NCBI GenBank assembly: GCA_035299385.1
Contig: DATGWQ010000268.1
Coordinates: 82,524-146,523 of the forward strand
Direction: 5' to 3'
From: Bacteroidales bacterium
GTDB taxonomy: Bacteria > Bacteroidota > Bacteroidia > Bacteroidales > VadinHA17
DNA length: 64,000 nt
Shown: positions 10,245-19,052 of the stretch, piece after piece
Layout of the letters: each line of letters begins with the position of its first letter
Numbering within the stretch: position 1 is the stretch's first letter
Notes under the pieces: model-generated
Told to the model about the DNA's origin: nothing
Database searches by the model: none
What the model saw: only the letters and a program-made list of their open reading frames with translations
Made by a program: the position numbers and the translations under genes

Positions 10245-11238
10245 TAACTACCTCCTTCCCGAACCTGCGGGATTTTACATAAGCATTCAGAAGCGGAACA
10301 AACGCATTCATTATAAGTATCGCAAAAGAAACTCCTTCGGGATATGCGCCAAAGACCCTGATAAGTACCGTGAGAACGCCGATCCCGACACCATATATGA
10401 TCATCGCCCTGGGATTCATCGGGGAGGTGACGTAATCCGTTGCCATGAATATGGCCCCCAGCAGAAGCCCTCCGCTGAGTATGTGAAAAGCAGGAGTGGC
10501 ATTATTCTGAGGATCAAAGCCCCATAAGATGGATGTGAAAACAGCGACTGTGGCAATGATCGTAACAGGTATATGCCACGTTATAATCTTCTTCCACAGC
10601 AGCCAGGCAAATCCAAGCAGGAGGGCAATTGCCGAGACTTCGCCCATCGATCCGCCTATCTTTCCGATCACCAGGTTGAAGGTATCAGGCACTTTTGTCA
10701 TGAGCTGCCCCAGTGATTCTCCGTTTTTGATACCTTCCTTTATTATTGCAAGAGGAGTGGGCCCGGTGACTGCATCGACGTATTTTGTTCCGAGGCCTTC
10801 GGGAACCGGCCAGCTTGTCATTGCAACAGGGAATGATATAAGCATGAAAACACGGCCGACAAGAGCAGGGTTGAAGGGATTGTTCCCCAGCCCGCCAAAC
10901 GTCATCTTCGCAACACCTATTGCCATGAGGCTGCCCATAACTACCATATAGAAAGGTATGTTCGATGGAAGGTTGAGTGCAAGGAGCAATCCCGTGAGAA
11001 CGGCTGACCCGTCATTCACCGACAAAGGCTTTTCGAGTATAAATCTCTGGATCAGGTATTCAAAGAGAACACACGATATTATTGCTGTTGCTGTTACAAT
11101 CAATGCGCCGGTTCCGAAAAACCAGACAGAGGCCAGGAATGCAGGAATAAGAGCGATGATAACGCCCGACATCAGCTTTTGTGTTGTTTCCTTCCCATGA
11201 TAGTGCGGAGAAGGTGACATATTGAAAATAGTACTCAT
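10237..11238 (-). CDS. rnfD: Rnf electron-transport complex subunit D
   Basis: Polytopic NqrB/RnfD-like protein with the flavin-attachment region GGLLLGAIFMATDYVTSP. Confidence 0.92.
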   Translation of the reverse strand: MSTIFNMSPSPHYHGKETTQKLMSGVIIALIPAFLASVWFFGTGALIVTATAIISCVLFEYLIQRFILEKPLSVNDGSAVLTGLLLALNLPSNIPFYMVVMGSLMAIGVAKMTFGGLGNNPFNPALVGRVFMLISFPVAMTSWPVPEGLGTKYVDAVTGPTPLAIIKEGIKNGESLGQLMTKVPDTFNLVIGKIGGSMGEVSAIALLLGFAWLLWKKIITWHIPVTIIATVAVFTSILWGFDPQNNATPAFHILSGGLLLGAIFMATDYVTSPMNPRAMIIYGVGIGVLTVLIRVFGAYPEGVSFAILIMNAFVPLLNAYVKSRRFGKEVVNG

Positions 11239-11240
11239 GT

Positions 11241-12581
11241 TTATGAAAGTTTCACGCTGCGTTCACGGATCATTTTACCAACTGTTGCTTTTCCCAGCCT
11301 TATGTAGTCCAGAACCGGTCTTCCGGCAGGACAAACGTAGCTGCACGATCCGCATTCCATGCAGTCTGTTATATGGGCTGTCTCCGCTCTTTCGAACAAA
11401 CCTTTTTCTGAAAGCGAGATTAGAAGATACGGTTCAAGCTTCATGGGGCATGCAAACGAGCATTTTGCACATCTTATGCATGGATCCGGCTGCATGCGGA
11501 GGCTTTCTTTCTCCGGGAATATGACTATACCCGAAGTGCCTTTTACCACGGGCACGTCGGTATTGCTTATTGCCTTTCCCATCATCGGCCCGCCGCTGAT
11601 TATCTTACCGGTGCCTGATGGCAATCCTCCCGCTGCATCTATGAGGCATTTTACAGGGGTCCCGATTCTTACAAGAAAATTTCCGGGAGCTGAAAGTGAT
11701 TTGCCTGTGATAGTCACCACCCTTTCAATTAGGGGCTTATTCTTCTGAACAGCTTCATATACTGCGAATGCTGTCCCGACGTTATGGACAACAGCGCCGA
11801 CATCGACCGGGAGATGGCCTGACGGCACCTCTTTATTAATGAGTGATTTGATAAGCTGTTTTTCGGCGCCCTGCGGGTACTTGACTTTCAATGCATGGAC
11901 GCTGATTCCCTGGAACCCTGCAGCCAGTTCCGACATGCGGGCGATCGCATCAGGTTTGTTGTTCTCGATGCCGATCATGGCTTTTGAGACTTTCAGGGCT
12001 TTCATCAGTATTGTAATCCCAACCAGGATCTCTTCACCTTTCTCCAGCATGAGCCTATGATCCGATGTCAGGTAGGGCTCACATTCAACACCATTGATGA
12101 TCAGTACATCGCAAGTCTTTCCCTGAGGAACGGACAATTTCACATGTGAAGGGAACGTGGCTCCGCCCAATCCAACAATGCCGCATTCGAGACATCTTTT
12201 GATTATTTCTTCTGAAGAAAAAGCGACATCCCTGACCATCTGGCTGCTTCTGTCTATGGATTCCATCCATTCATCACCTTCCGTGTCGATGAAAACGGCA
12301 GTCTGCTTATAGCCGGATGAATCGACGATGGTATCGATCTTATTTACCTTGCCTGAAACTGACGAGTGAATGTTTGTCGAAACAATTCCTTTCGCGGTCG
12401 CAATAACCTGGCCGGCTTTCACCTGGTCGCCTTTGCTAACGGCAACCATTGCAGGAGCACCTATGTGCTGCGAAACAGGGATTGCAACCGATGCTGGAAC
12501 CGGAAGACTTGCAATGCGCCTGTCAGCCGTTAATTTATTTTCCGGCGGATGAATCCCTCCTTTTGAAAATGTCTTTAACAC
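11241..12581 (-). CDS. rnfC: Rnf electron-transport complex subunit C
   Basis: GIVGLGGATFPSHVKL and two 4Fe-4S motifs (CIRCAKCSFACP, CMECGSCSYVCP). Confidence 0.93.
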   Translation of the reverse strand: MLKTFSKGGIHPPENKLTADRRIASLPVPASVAIPVSQHIGAPAMVAVSKGDQVKAGQVIATAKGIVSTNIHSSVSGKVNKIDTIVDSSGYKQTAVFIDTEGDEWMESIDRSSQMVRDVAFSSEEIIKRCLECGIVGLGGATFPSHVKLSVPQGKTCDVLIINGVECEPYLTSDHRLMLEKGEEILVGITILMKALKVSKAMIGIENNKPDAIARMSELAAGFQGISVHALKVKYPQGAEKQLIKSLINKEVPSGHLPVDVGAVVHNVGTAFAVYEAVQKNKPLIERVVTITGKSLSAPGNFLVRIGTPVKCLIDAAGGLPSGTGKIISGGPMMGKAISNTDVPVVKGTSGIVIFPEKESLRMQPDPCIRCAKCSFACPMKLEPYLLISLSEKGLFERAETAHITDCMECGSCSYVCPAGRPVLDYIRLGKATVGKMIRERSVKLS

Positions 12582-12597
12582 AATTTGTATATTTTGT

Positions 12598-13464
12598 TTA
12601 TGAGTTCTGAACTGCTTCCGCCTGGACTTCCCCTTTCTCCTTCCTGGGCGGAAAATTTATCTCGAGTATACATGCCGTGGGGCATTCGGTGACACATTTC
12701 CTGCAAAATTTGCATTTGGCAGCATCGATGTATGCAAGGTTATTCTCAATCGTGATTGCATCATATTCACATACTTTCTGGCATTTGTAGCAGCCTATGC
12801 ATGCAACTTTGCAGGCTCTTTTTGCCGGTCCTCCCTTGTCGCAGTTAGAACATGCAACATATATCTTCCTGTCCTTTTTCGCCTTTTTGCGCATTTCGAG
12901 AAGATGCCGGGGGCAAGCTTTAACACAGGCGCCGCAAGCCTTGCATTTGTCATCGATTATAATGGGAAGCTGTGTTTTACCGTCGATATACATTGCATCG
13001 AACTGGCATGCCCTTACGCAATCGCCGTATCCCATGCAGCCATAGCTGCAATCTGTTTCGCCAATGTAAAGGGCTGCTGAAATCCTGCAATCCTGTGCGC
13101 CGGTATATTTTGAGGTGCGGGGCCTGAACTCCGGGGAGCCATTGCATTTAAGTACGGCAACTGTCGGATCCACCGCCGGTGCCGTCCTTCCGAGAATACT
13201 GCCTGCCAAGGCCATTATGTCTGCTCCACCGACAGGACAGTTCAAGCCCTCGAATGTATCTGCTTTTACCAGTGCTTCCGCAAAATTCCGGCAACCTGCA
13301 AAACCACACCCACCGCAATTTGCCTGGGGAAGAACAGCATGGACCTCATCTATCCTGGGATCTTCGAATATCTTGAATTTCTGAGCTACAAAATAGAGGA
13401 TCACCGCCGAAAGGAAAGCAAGAAGGCTGAGGCTTATTATCGTTATCAGTATGCCGGAACTCAT
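12598..13464 (-). CDS. rnfB: Rnf electron-transport complex subunit B (polyferredoxin type)
   Basis: N-terminal TM helix, CGGCGFAGCRNFAEALV cluster and several CxxCxxCxxxCP ferredoxin motifs. Confidence 0.9.
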   Translation of the reverse strand: MSSGILITIISLSLLAFLSAVILYFVAQKFKIFEDPRIDEVHAVLPQANCGGCGFAGCRNFAEALVKADTFEGLNCPVGGADIMALAGSILGRTAPAVDPTVAVLKCNGSPEFRPRTSKYTGAQDCRISAALYIGETDCSYGCMGYGDCVRACQFDAMYIDGKTQLPIIIDDKCKACGACVKACPRHLLEMRKKAKKDRKIYVACSNCDKGGPAKRACKVACIGCYKCQKVCEYDAITIENNLAYIDAAKCKFCRKCVTECPTACILEINFPPRKEKGEVQAEAVQNS

Positions 13465-13886
13465 ATTAATGTTTTTAATGAGAAGATGAATTTCTTATCG
13501 AGTGATTTTCGGAATATGTAAAGCGAAAGGTAATATGGTCCGAGAACCGCGAGTGAGATCAATCCGGAAACAAGCTCTGAAAAACCTGCCGAGACTAATA
13601 CCATAAGAGTTATGATGACGGCAAAGAAGGGGAGGACATACCCGAAAACAAGCGCTCTGAAGCCCATTGACTGGTTCATTACCACATTAACCGTATCGCC
13701 GGGACTGACATTGTATTTTCCGTTGATCTCGATGAGCTTTTCCTCTGTGCCGGACATTGAGCATGAGCCTTTTGCATGGCAGCCGGAGCATGCGGACGAT
13801 GATGAAATAATCACGGTTACAGTATCGCCGTTGTTTTTTGTGACGGTACCTTCATGATTGATTTCCGTGACATTTTTGTCTATCAT
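13461..13886 (-). CDS. RseC/MucC-family (SoxR-reducing system) membrane protein, first gene of the rnf operon
   Basis: 141 aa. N-terminal Cys motif ACSGCHAKGSC plus two C-terminal TM helices. The stop overlaps the rnfB start. Confidence 0.7.
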   Translation of the reverse strand: MIDKNVTEINHEGTVTKNNGDTVTVIISSSSACSGCHAKGSCSMSGTEEKLIEINGKYNVSPGDTVNVVMNQSMGFRALVFGYVLPFFAVIITLMVLVSAGFSELVSGLISLAVLGPYYLSLYIFRKSLDKKFIFSLKTLI

Positions 13887-14121
13887 CCGCTTCTCAAAAA
13901 ATGAATTTGCTAAATTAGAATTCGTGGGGAACCGGCGAATGTAATTTGTCAGTTTTTGATAAAACGGAAGTTATTTAGAATGATTCTAAAAAGGAAATGT
14001 TTTTAGTTTCTCCATATAATCTTTTTCCTGCCGGACCGAAGGGATCCTTAACTTCACAAATCTTCGCAAGCTCAGATTTGCTGCGTTCAGGATTACAAAT
14101 AATCAGGATGAGTAAAAGGGC

Positions 14122-14158
14122 AGAAGCGGCGCGTTTGCAGTAAGTCCGCGCCGCTTCT
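14122..14158. terminator. GC-rich hairpin (12-bp stem, 13-nt loop) with T-rich flanks on both strands
   Basis: AGAAGCGGCGCG (14122-14133) pairs perfectly with CGCGCCGCTTCT (14147-14158). TTTCCCTTTTT follows on the + strand, and TGCCCTTTTACTC follows on the - strand. It lies between recG and the rnf operon, both on the - strand. Confidence 0.35.
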
Positions 14159-14292
14159 TTCCCTTTTTCAAGCTAAAACAACATCGTCATCCTGAGTGAA
14201 AGGAACACTGAGCATGCGAAGTGTTCCTGCAACGAAGGATCCCATCGAACTTCCAGAATCTATCCATTGAGAGTGATTAGGAAAATTCTAAT

Positions 14293-14460
14293 ATCAAAAA
14301 TCGTTAATCCTTGTTTGATGTTCTTTGTTTTATTTCATTGATGCCCTACGGGCAACGAAATTGTATCTCATGCCGCACAGGCTATTATCATTGATGCCCT
14401 ACGGGCAAGGATCAGGATCAAATCAAAGATCAAAAATCGTTAATCCTTGTTTGATATTCT
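14293..14460 (+). repeat. two interleaved direct-repeat pairs in the recG-rnf spacer
   Basis: ATCAAAAATCGTTAATCCTTGTTTGAT occurs exactly at 14293-14319 and 14429-14455. The second copy runs into the recG stop codon at 14459-14461. TCATTGATGCCCTACGGGCAA occurs exactly at 14335-14355 and 14388-14408. Confidence 0.9.
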
Positions 14461-16567
14461 ATGATATTTTGCTCCACGATTGCCTTCCTGCGGATTGTTT
14501 TTTTAACTCGGCTTTGAGGATAATATTTTCATCTTTCTCCAGCAGGGGATCTGCATCAAGGATGTCGTTTGCAATATTCCTTACATATTCAATTATCTGT
14601 CCGTCTTTTCCGAGGTCGGCGATCTTAAGGTCAAACGGTATGCCACTCTGCTGTGTTCCCTCGATATCACCCGGTCCCCGAAGCTGAAGATCCGTTTCAG
14701 CTATTTCGAATCCGTCGTTTGTCCTGACCATGACCTCGATCCTTTTGGCTGCTTCCCTGGTTAGCTTGTCGGAGGTCATAAGAATACAGTATGACTGGTC
14801 AGCGCCTCTTCCCACCCTGCCTCTTAGCTGGTGAAGCTGTGACAATCCGAACCGTTCGGCGCTTTCGATCACCATCACGGTCGCATTCGGTATATCCACA
14901 CCGACTTCTATAACTGTCGTGGCCACAAGAATATTTGCGATTCCTTCCCTGAATAATCTCATCGATTCATCCTTTTCGGAAACGGGCATGCGTCCGTGAA
15001 CGATGCTGATGCAATACTGCGGCGAGGGGAAAGCCCGGGAGATTGTATCCCACCCGTCTTCCAGGTCTTTGTAATCCATGTTTTCGGATTCGCTTATCAG
15101 CGGGTACACGAAAAACACCTGCCTCTTCATGCTGATCTGGCTCCGGATGAATCCGAACACCTTGTTTATCTCCGCATTATAGAAATGCATGGTTTTGACC
15201 GGAACCCTTCCTGGTGGCATCTCATCAATGACAGAGACGTCAAGATCTCCATAAAGGGTCATTGCAAGGGTCCTGGGGATCGGAGTTGCGGTCATTACGA
15301 GCACATGGGGAGGATTTTCGCTCTTCTGCCATAATCTTGCACGTTGTGCGACACCGAACCTGTGCTGTTCGTCTATTATCACAAGCCCCGGTTTGCTGAA
15401 TTTTACATTTTCCTCGATAAGAGCATGTGTGCCAATCAGCATATTGAGTGAACCATCCTGAAGTGACCCCGATAATTCTTTCCTGGCTGCCCTGCCTGTG
15501 GAACCTGTCAGCAAACCGACTTTGATGTTAAGTCCCGAGAGCAGCTCACTGATCGTATTGAAATGCTGGTTTGCCAATATTTCTGTCGGAGCCATCAGGC
15601 ATGACTGGTACCCGTTATCGAGTGCAATAAGCATGCTCATAAGGGCAACAAGCGTTTTTCCGCTGCCCACATCCCCCTGCAGCAGCCTGTTCATCTGCCT
15701 GCCCGATCCCAGGTCTTTTCTTATTTCCTTTATTACCCTCTTCTGCGCTCCTGTGAGCGGGAAAGGAAGTTTGCTGAAGAAGAAATTATTAAAATTCTCA
15801 CCTACACTCGAAAAAACAAAACCTTTTGTACGCCGATTGCGGTTTGATTTCAGCTGCAGCAATGCAAGCTGGATATAAAAAAGCTCTTCGAATTTCAGCC
15901 TGTACCTTGTTTTTTCCAGCTCCGCAGGGTTTGAAGGAAAATGGATCCTGTGCAGGGCATCATGGAGGTCCGTCAGCTTGTACTTCGACACAATATACCT
16001 GGGGAGTGTTTCAGGTATCCTGAATTTGATCTGTTTCAGAAGGACACCGATCAGCTTGCTTATCGTTTTGGAAGTAAGGAACTGGTCCTTTAGCTTTTCT
16101 GTAGTACTGTACTGTGCCTGCAGTGCGGAATTGAGCCTTGCATTAAGTTTTTCGGATGCTTCTATTTCGGGGTGAATTATATTGACCACGCCGTTAAATA
16201 CTCCCGGCTTGCCGAAAACAACATACTCAACGCCCGGGGTATATGATCCTGTTATCCATTTTGCTCCCCTGAACCATATCAGCTTGATCGTGCCGGTCTC
16301 ATCAAAAAAATCTGCCGCCAGCCGTTTCCCTTTGCCTCCGCCTTCAGTATAGAATCCCCTTATCGAACCTTTTACCTGTACAAAGGGAAGCTCGGGATCG
16401 AGCTCACTGATCTTGTAGAACTTGGTCCTGTCAATATATTTGAAAGGGAAATAGTACAGGAGGTCCCTGAATGTGAAGATATTAAGCTCCTTATTGAGAA
16501 GCTCCGCCCTTTTAGGACCGACACCCTGAAGGTAAGTTATTGCGGTATCGAGGAAATCCTGTGACAT
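14459..16567 (-). CDS. recG: ATP-dependent DNA helicase RecG
   Basis: 702 aa. Wedge/OB N-terminal region, Walker A GDVGSGKT, DEQHRFGV box, QLRGRVGRG motif VI. Confidence 0.93.
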   Translation of the reverse strand: MSQDFLDTAITYLQGVGPKRAELLNKELNIFTFRDLLYYFPFKYIDRTKFYKISELDPELPFVQVKGSIRGFYTEGGGKGKRLAADFFDETGTIKLIWFRGAKWITGSYTPGVEYVVFGKPGVFNGVVNIIHPEIEASEKLNARLNSALQAQYSTTEKLKDQFLTSKTISKLIGVLLKQIKFRIPETLPRYIVSKYKLTDLHDALHRIHFPSNPAELEKTRYRLKFEELFYIQLALLQLKSNRNRRTKGFVFSSVGENFNNFFFSKLPFPLTGAQKRVIKEIRKDLGSGRQMNRLLQGDVGSGKTLVALMSMLIALDNGYQSCLMAPTEILANQHFNTISELLSGLNIKVGLLTGSTGRAARKELSGSLQDGSLNMLIGTHALIEENVKFSKPGLVIIDEQHRFGVAQRARLWQKSENPPHVLVMTATPIPRTLAMTLYGDLDVSVIDEMPPGRVPVKTMHFYNAEINKVFGFIRSQISMKRQVFFVYPLISESENMDYKDLEDGWDTISRAFPSPQYCISIVHGRMPVSEKDESMRLFREGIANILVATTVIEVGVDIPNATVMVIESAERFGLSQLHQLRGRVGRGADQSYCILMTSDKLTREAAKRIEVMVRTNDGFEIAETDLQLRGPGDIEGTQQSGIPFDLKIADLGKDGQIIEYVRNIANDILDADPLLEKDENIILKAELKKQSAGRQSWSKIS

Positions 16568-16618
16568 GGTGTCCGAAAATAGTTAATTTTGAGGACCTGT
16601 GCTAAAATTATTAGTCCG

Positions 16619-17398
16619 ATGAATTTATTTCACGCACGCAGATACCTTGATTATATCTTATTTTCACGTCATTGGAGAGGCCATGGCGTGCACAGTCCTT
16701 TCATTTTTGAAATAGTCACAGGGCTGTTCCGGAATAAAATACCCGGGGATTTTGTCTGTTGTATTGAAACGATCAGGAAAAACCTTATAAAAGATTCACG
16801 GCTTATCAGCGTCAATGATCTTGGGGCCGGATCGGCAAAGAACAAAAAAGTCAGAAAAGTGTCGGAAATAGCCAGTAAATCAGCTGTTACAGCAAAGTAC
16901 GGTGCTCTGCTTCACAATCTCGCTTCGAGATTCGGTGAACCGTGCACAGTCGAACTCGGCACTTCCTTCGGCATAAGTACAATGTACCTGGCATACGCAT
17001 CGCCTGTCGTATACACTGTGGAAGGTTGCAGCGAATGCACAGGCATAGCAGGAAAGAATTTTGCTTCAGGAGGGCTCGAAAATATCACTATAATAAATTC
17101 ACCTTTCAGTGAAGCTATAGCTGATCTTAAAAATACAGGCATCAGGCCGGGACTGGTTTTTATTGACGGAGATCACAGGAAAGAGCCGTTGCTCCGGAAT
17201 GTCAGGGAGCTGATGTCAATATCAGATGATAATACGGTTATCGTCCTTGACGATATTAATTATTCCCGTGAAATGGCGGATACCTGGGAGCAGGTAAAGA
17301 ATATGGAAAACGTAACGGCAACAATTGATATTTTCAGAATGGGAATAGTTTTCCTAAGGAAGGAAATTACACGTAACCATTACAGGATCAGGTATTAA
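16619..17398 (+). CDS. class I SAM-dependent (O-)methyltransferase
   Basis: Methyltransferase fold motifs VELGTSFGISTMYLA and VFIDGDHRKE. I take the start at the ATG at 16619 (MNLFHARRY); the ORF-track start at 16589 is a non-ATG extension. Confidence 0.7.
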   Translation: MNLFHARRYLDYILFSRHWRGHGVHSPFIFEIVTGLFRNKIPGDFVCCIETIRKNLIKDSRLISVNDLGAGSAKNKKVRKVSEIASKSAVTAKYGALLHNLASRFGEPCTVELGTSFGISTMYLAYASPVVYTVEGCSECTGIAGKNFASGGLENITIINSPFSEAIADLKNTGIRPGLVFIDGDHRKEPLLRNVRELMSISDDNTVIVLDDINYSREMADTWEQVKNMENVTATIDIFRMGIVFLRKEITRNHYRIRY

Positions 17399-17471
17399 CA
17401 AAAATTAAGATTATAAATTCAGCTAGTTTAATATATTTCATCTATTTTCGGACATTTTAAATTAAACACTC

Positions 17472-18176
17472 ATGGATAAGGTTATCGAGATTCATAACAT
17501 TGTAAAGAACTACCAGGTTGGATCGGTCATAGTACGGGCATTGCGTTCTGTTTCAGTCACCATCAACAGGAATGAATATGTTGCCATAATGGGACCATCA
17601 GGTTCCGGTAAATCGACATTGATGAACCTGCTCGGGTGTCTCGATACGCCAACCAGCGGCAGTTACATCCTGAATGGAACTGATGTCAGCAAGATGGAGG
17701 ATGATTACCTGGCCGGGATCAGGAACAAGGAGATCGGCTTTGTTTTTCAGACATTTAACCTGTTGCCGCGCTATACAGCACTGGAAAATGTGACACTTCC
17801 CCTCATTTATGCAGGCTTGCCAAAACATGAAAGAGAAGACCGTGCTGTTCAAACCCTTGAGCAGGTCGGCCTTGCAGACAGGATGACACACAAACCGAAT
17901 GAACTCTCGGGAGGACAGCGTCAGCGTGTGGCAATAGCCAGGGCTCTTGTGAATAAACCTTCAATTATTCTTGCTGATGAGCCAACCGGAAACCTCGACA
18001 GTAAAACATCAATCGATATTATGGCTCTTCTTGACGCCATTCATCAGAATGGAAATACAGTGATCCTTGTAACTCACGAAGAAGACATAGCCAGGTATGC
18101 ACACCGCATCATAAGGCTGTTTGACGGTGAAGTTGCAAAGGATTACATTAACGAGAACCAGATTAAACATTCATGA
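17472..18176 (+). CDS. ABC transporter ATP-binding protein (MacB/LolD-type)
   Basis: Walker [10 protein letters not shown], signature [15 protein letters not shown], Walker [12 protein letters not shown]. No permease gene is adjacent in this window. Confidence 0.9.
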   Translation: MDKVIEIHNIVKNYQVGSVIVRALRSVSVTINRNEYVAIMGPSGSGKSTLMNLLGCLDTPTSGSYILNGTDVSKMEDDYLAGIRNKEIGFVFQTFNLLPRYTALENVTLPLIYAGLPKHEREDRAVQTLEQVGLADRMTHKPNELSGGQRQRVAIARALVNKPSIILADEPTGNLDSKTSIDIMALLDAIHQNGNTVILVTHEEDIARYAHRIIRLFDGEVAKDYINENQIKHS

Positions 18177-18715
18177 AGATTTATACCCTCACCGGTGATG
18201 ATGGCACTACATCACTTTCCGGCGGCAAAAGGGTTTCCAAGGATTCATTGCGGGTCGAAGCTTATGGCTCAGTCGATGAGCTGATAGCCTGGACAGGCTT
18301 ACTGCGAGACCTGAGCAGCAAACTTGAAAGGAAGGACATTCTCCTCTACATCCAGGATCAGCTTATGCGATGTGCAGCTGTACTTGCCCGTGACCATGGC
18401 ACCCCGGATGAAAAGGATTTTCCTGAAGAAAGTTGCCTTGCAATCCTGGAAAAAGAGATTGACAAAATGGAAGAAAGCCTGCCTTCATTGAGGAATTTTA
18501 TTCTGCCGGGAGGCAATGTGCTGGCTTCTTATTGTCACATAGCAAGATGCGTTTGCAGGAGAGCGGAAAGAAGGGTCATAAGCCTGAAACACGCCGAGCA
18601 TGTTCCCGATTTGTTAAACAAACTCCTTAACAGGCTTTCTGATTTTCTGTTTGTTCTTTCAAGAACTGTATTGTACGAGTCAGGAAATCAAGAAGTTAAG
18701 TGGCCTCTTCCTTAA
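18173..18715 (+). CDS. PduO-type ATP:cob(I)alamin adenosyltransferase
   Basis: The N-terminus [14 protein letters not shown]...[11 protein letters not shown] is typical of the PduO/MMAB family. The start overlaps the ABC gene stop (ATGA). Confidence 0.85.
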   Translation: MKIYTLTGDDGTTSLSGGKRVSKDSLRVEAYGSVDELIAWTGLLRDLSSKLERKDILLYIQDQLMRCAAVLARDHGTPDEKDFPEESCLAILEKEIDKMEESLPSLRNFILPGGNVLASYCHIARCVCRRAERRVISLKHAEHVPDLLNKLLNRLSDFLFVLSRTVLYESGNQEVKWPLP

Positions 18716-18740
18716 GCCTCATAATAAACCGCATAAACTC

Positions 18741-18769
18741 TTGTTTATCTAAAATAATATTTATATTTG
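18741..18769 (+). promoter_or_regulatory. Bacteroidetes sigma-A type promoter candidate for the DUF2795 gene
   Basis: cTTG (18741-18743), an 18-nt spacer, then TATATTTG (18762-18769). This matches the -33 TTTG / -7 TAnnTTTG consensus. It lies 36 nt upstream of the ATG at 18805. Confidence 0.4.
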
Positions 18770-18804
18770 CGACTTTATTAAAAGCTAAACATTAGTCAGA
18801 AATT

Positions 18805-19026
18805 ATGTACTGGACGCTTGAACTGGCATCTAAACTCGAAGATGCGCCATGGCCGGCAACCAAGGATGAACTGATAGATTTCGCTATCCGGTCGGGTGCC
18901 CCGATGGAAGTTATCGAGAATCTCCAGGAAATTGAAGATGAAGGTGATATATACGAAAGCATAGAAGATATATGGCCAGATTATCCAAGCAAGGACGATT
19001 TCTTCTTCAATGAAGACGAATACTGA
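18805..19026 (+). CDS. DUF2795-like small acidic protein
   Basis: 73 aa. ATKDELIDFAIRSGAPMEVIENLQEIEDE resembles DUF2795. Confidence 0.6.
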   Translation: MYWTLELASKLEDAPWPATKDELIDFAIRSGAPMEVIENLQEIEDEGDIYESIEDIWPDYPSKDDFFFNEDEY

Positions 19027-19052
19027 AAAGGCCGGTTATGCACCGGCCTTTT
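19026..19052. terminator. bidirectional intrinsic terminator between convergent genes
   Basis: AAAAGGCCGGT (19026-19036), loop TATGC, ACCGGCCTTTT (19042-19052). This is a perfect 11-bp stem whose A and T runs serve both strands. It fills the gap between the stops at 19026 and 19053. Confidence 0.8.

Noticed and set aside
14293-14460. Possible CRISPR array (direct repeats)
   Set aside because: There are only two copies of each repeat, and two different repeat families are interleaved with unequal spacing (136 and 53 bp). No cas genes are in the window.
14325-14687. 120-aa + strand ORF
   Set aside because: Its N-terminal half is a translation of the intergenic repeats (LMPYGQ appears twice). 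Its C-terminal half is antisense to the well-supported recG gene.
18173-18715. Cobalamin riboswitch upstream of the PduO-type adenosyltransferase
   Set aside because: The gene start overlaps the preceding ABC ATPase gene, so there is no leader region to hold a riboswitch.
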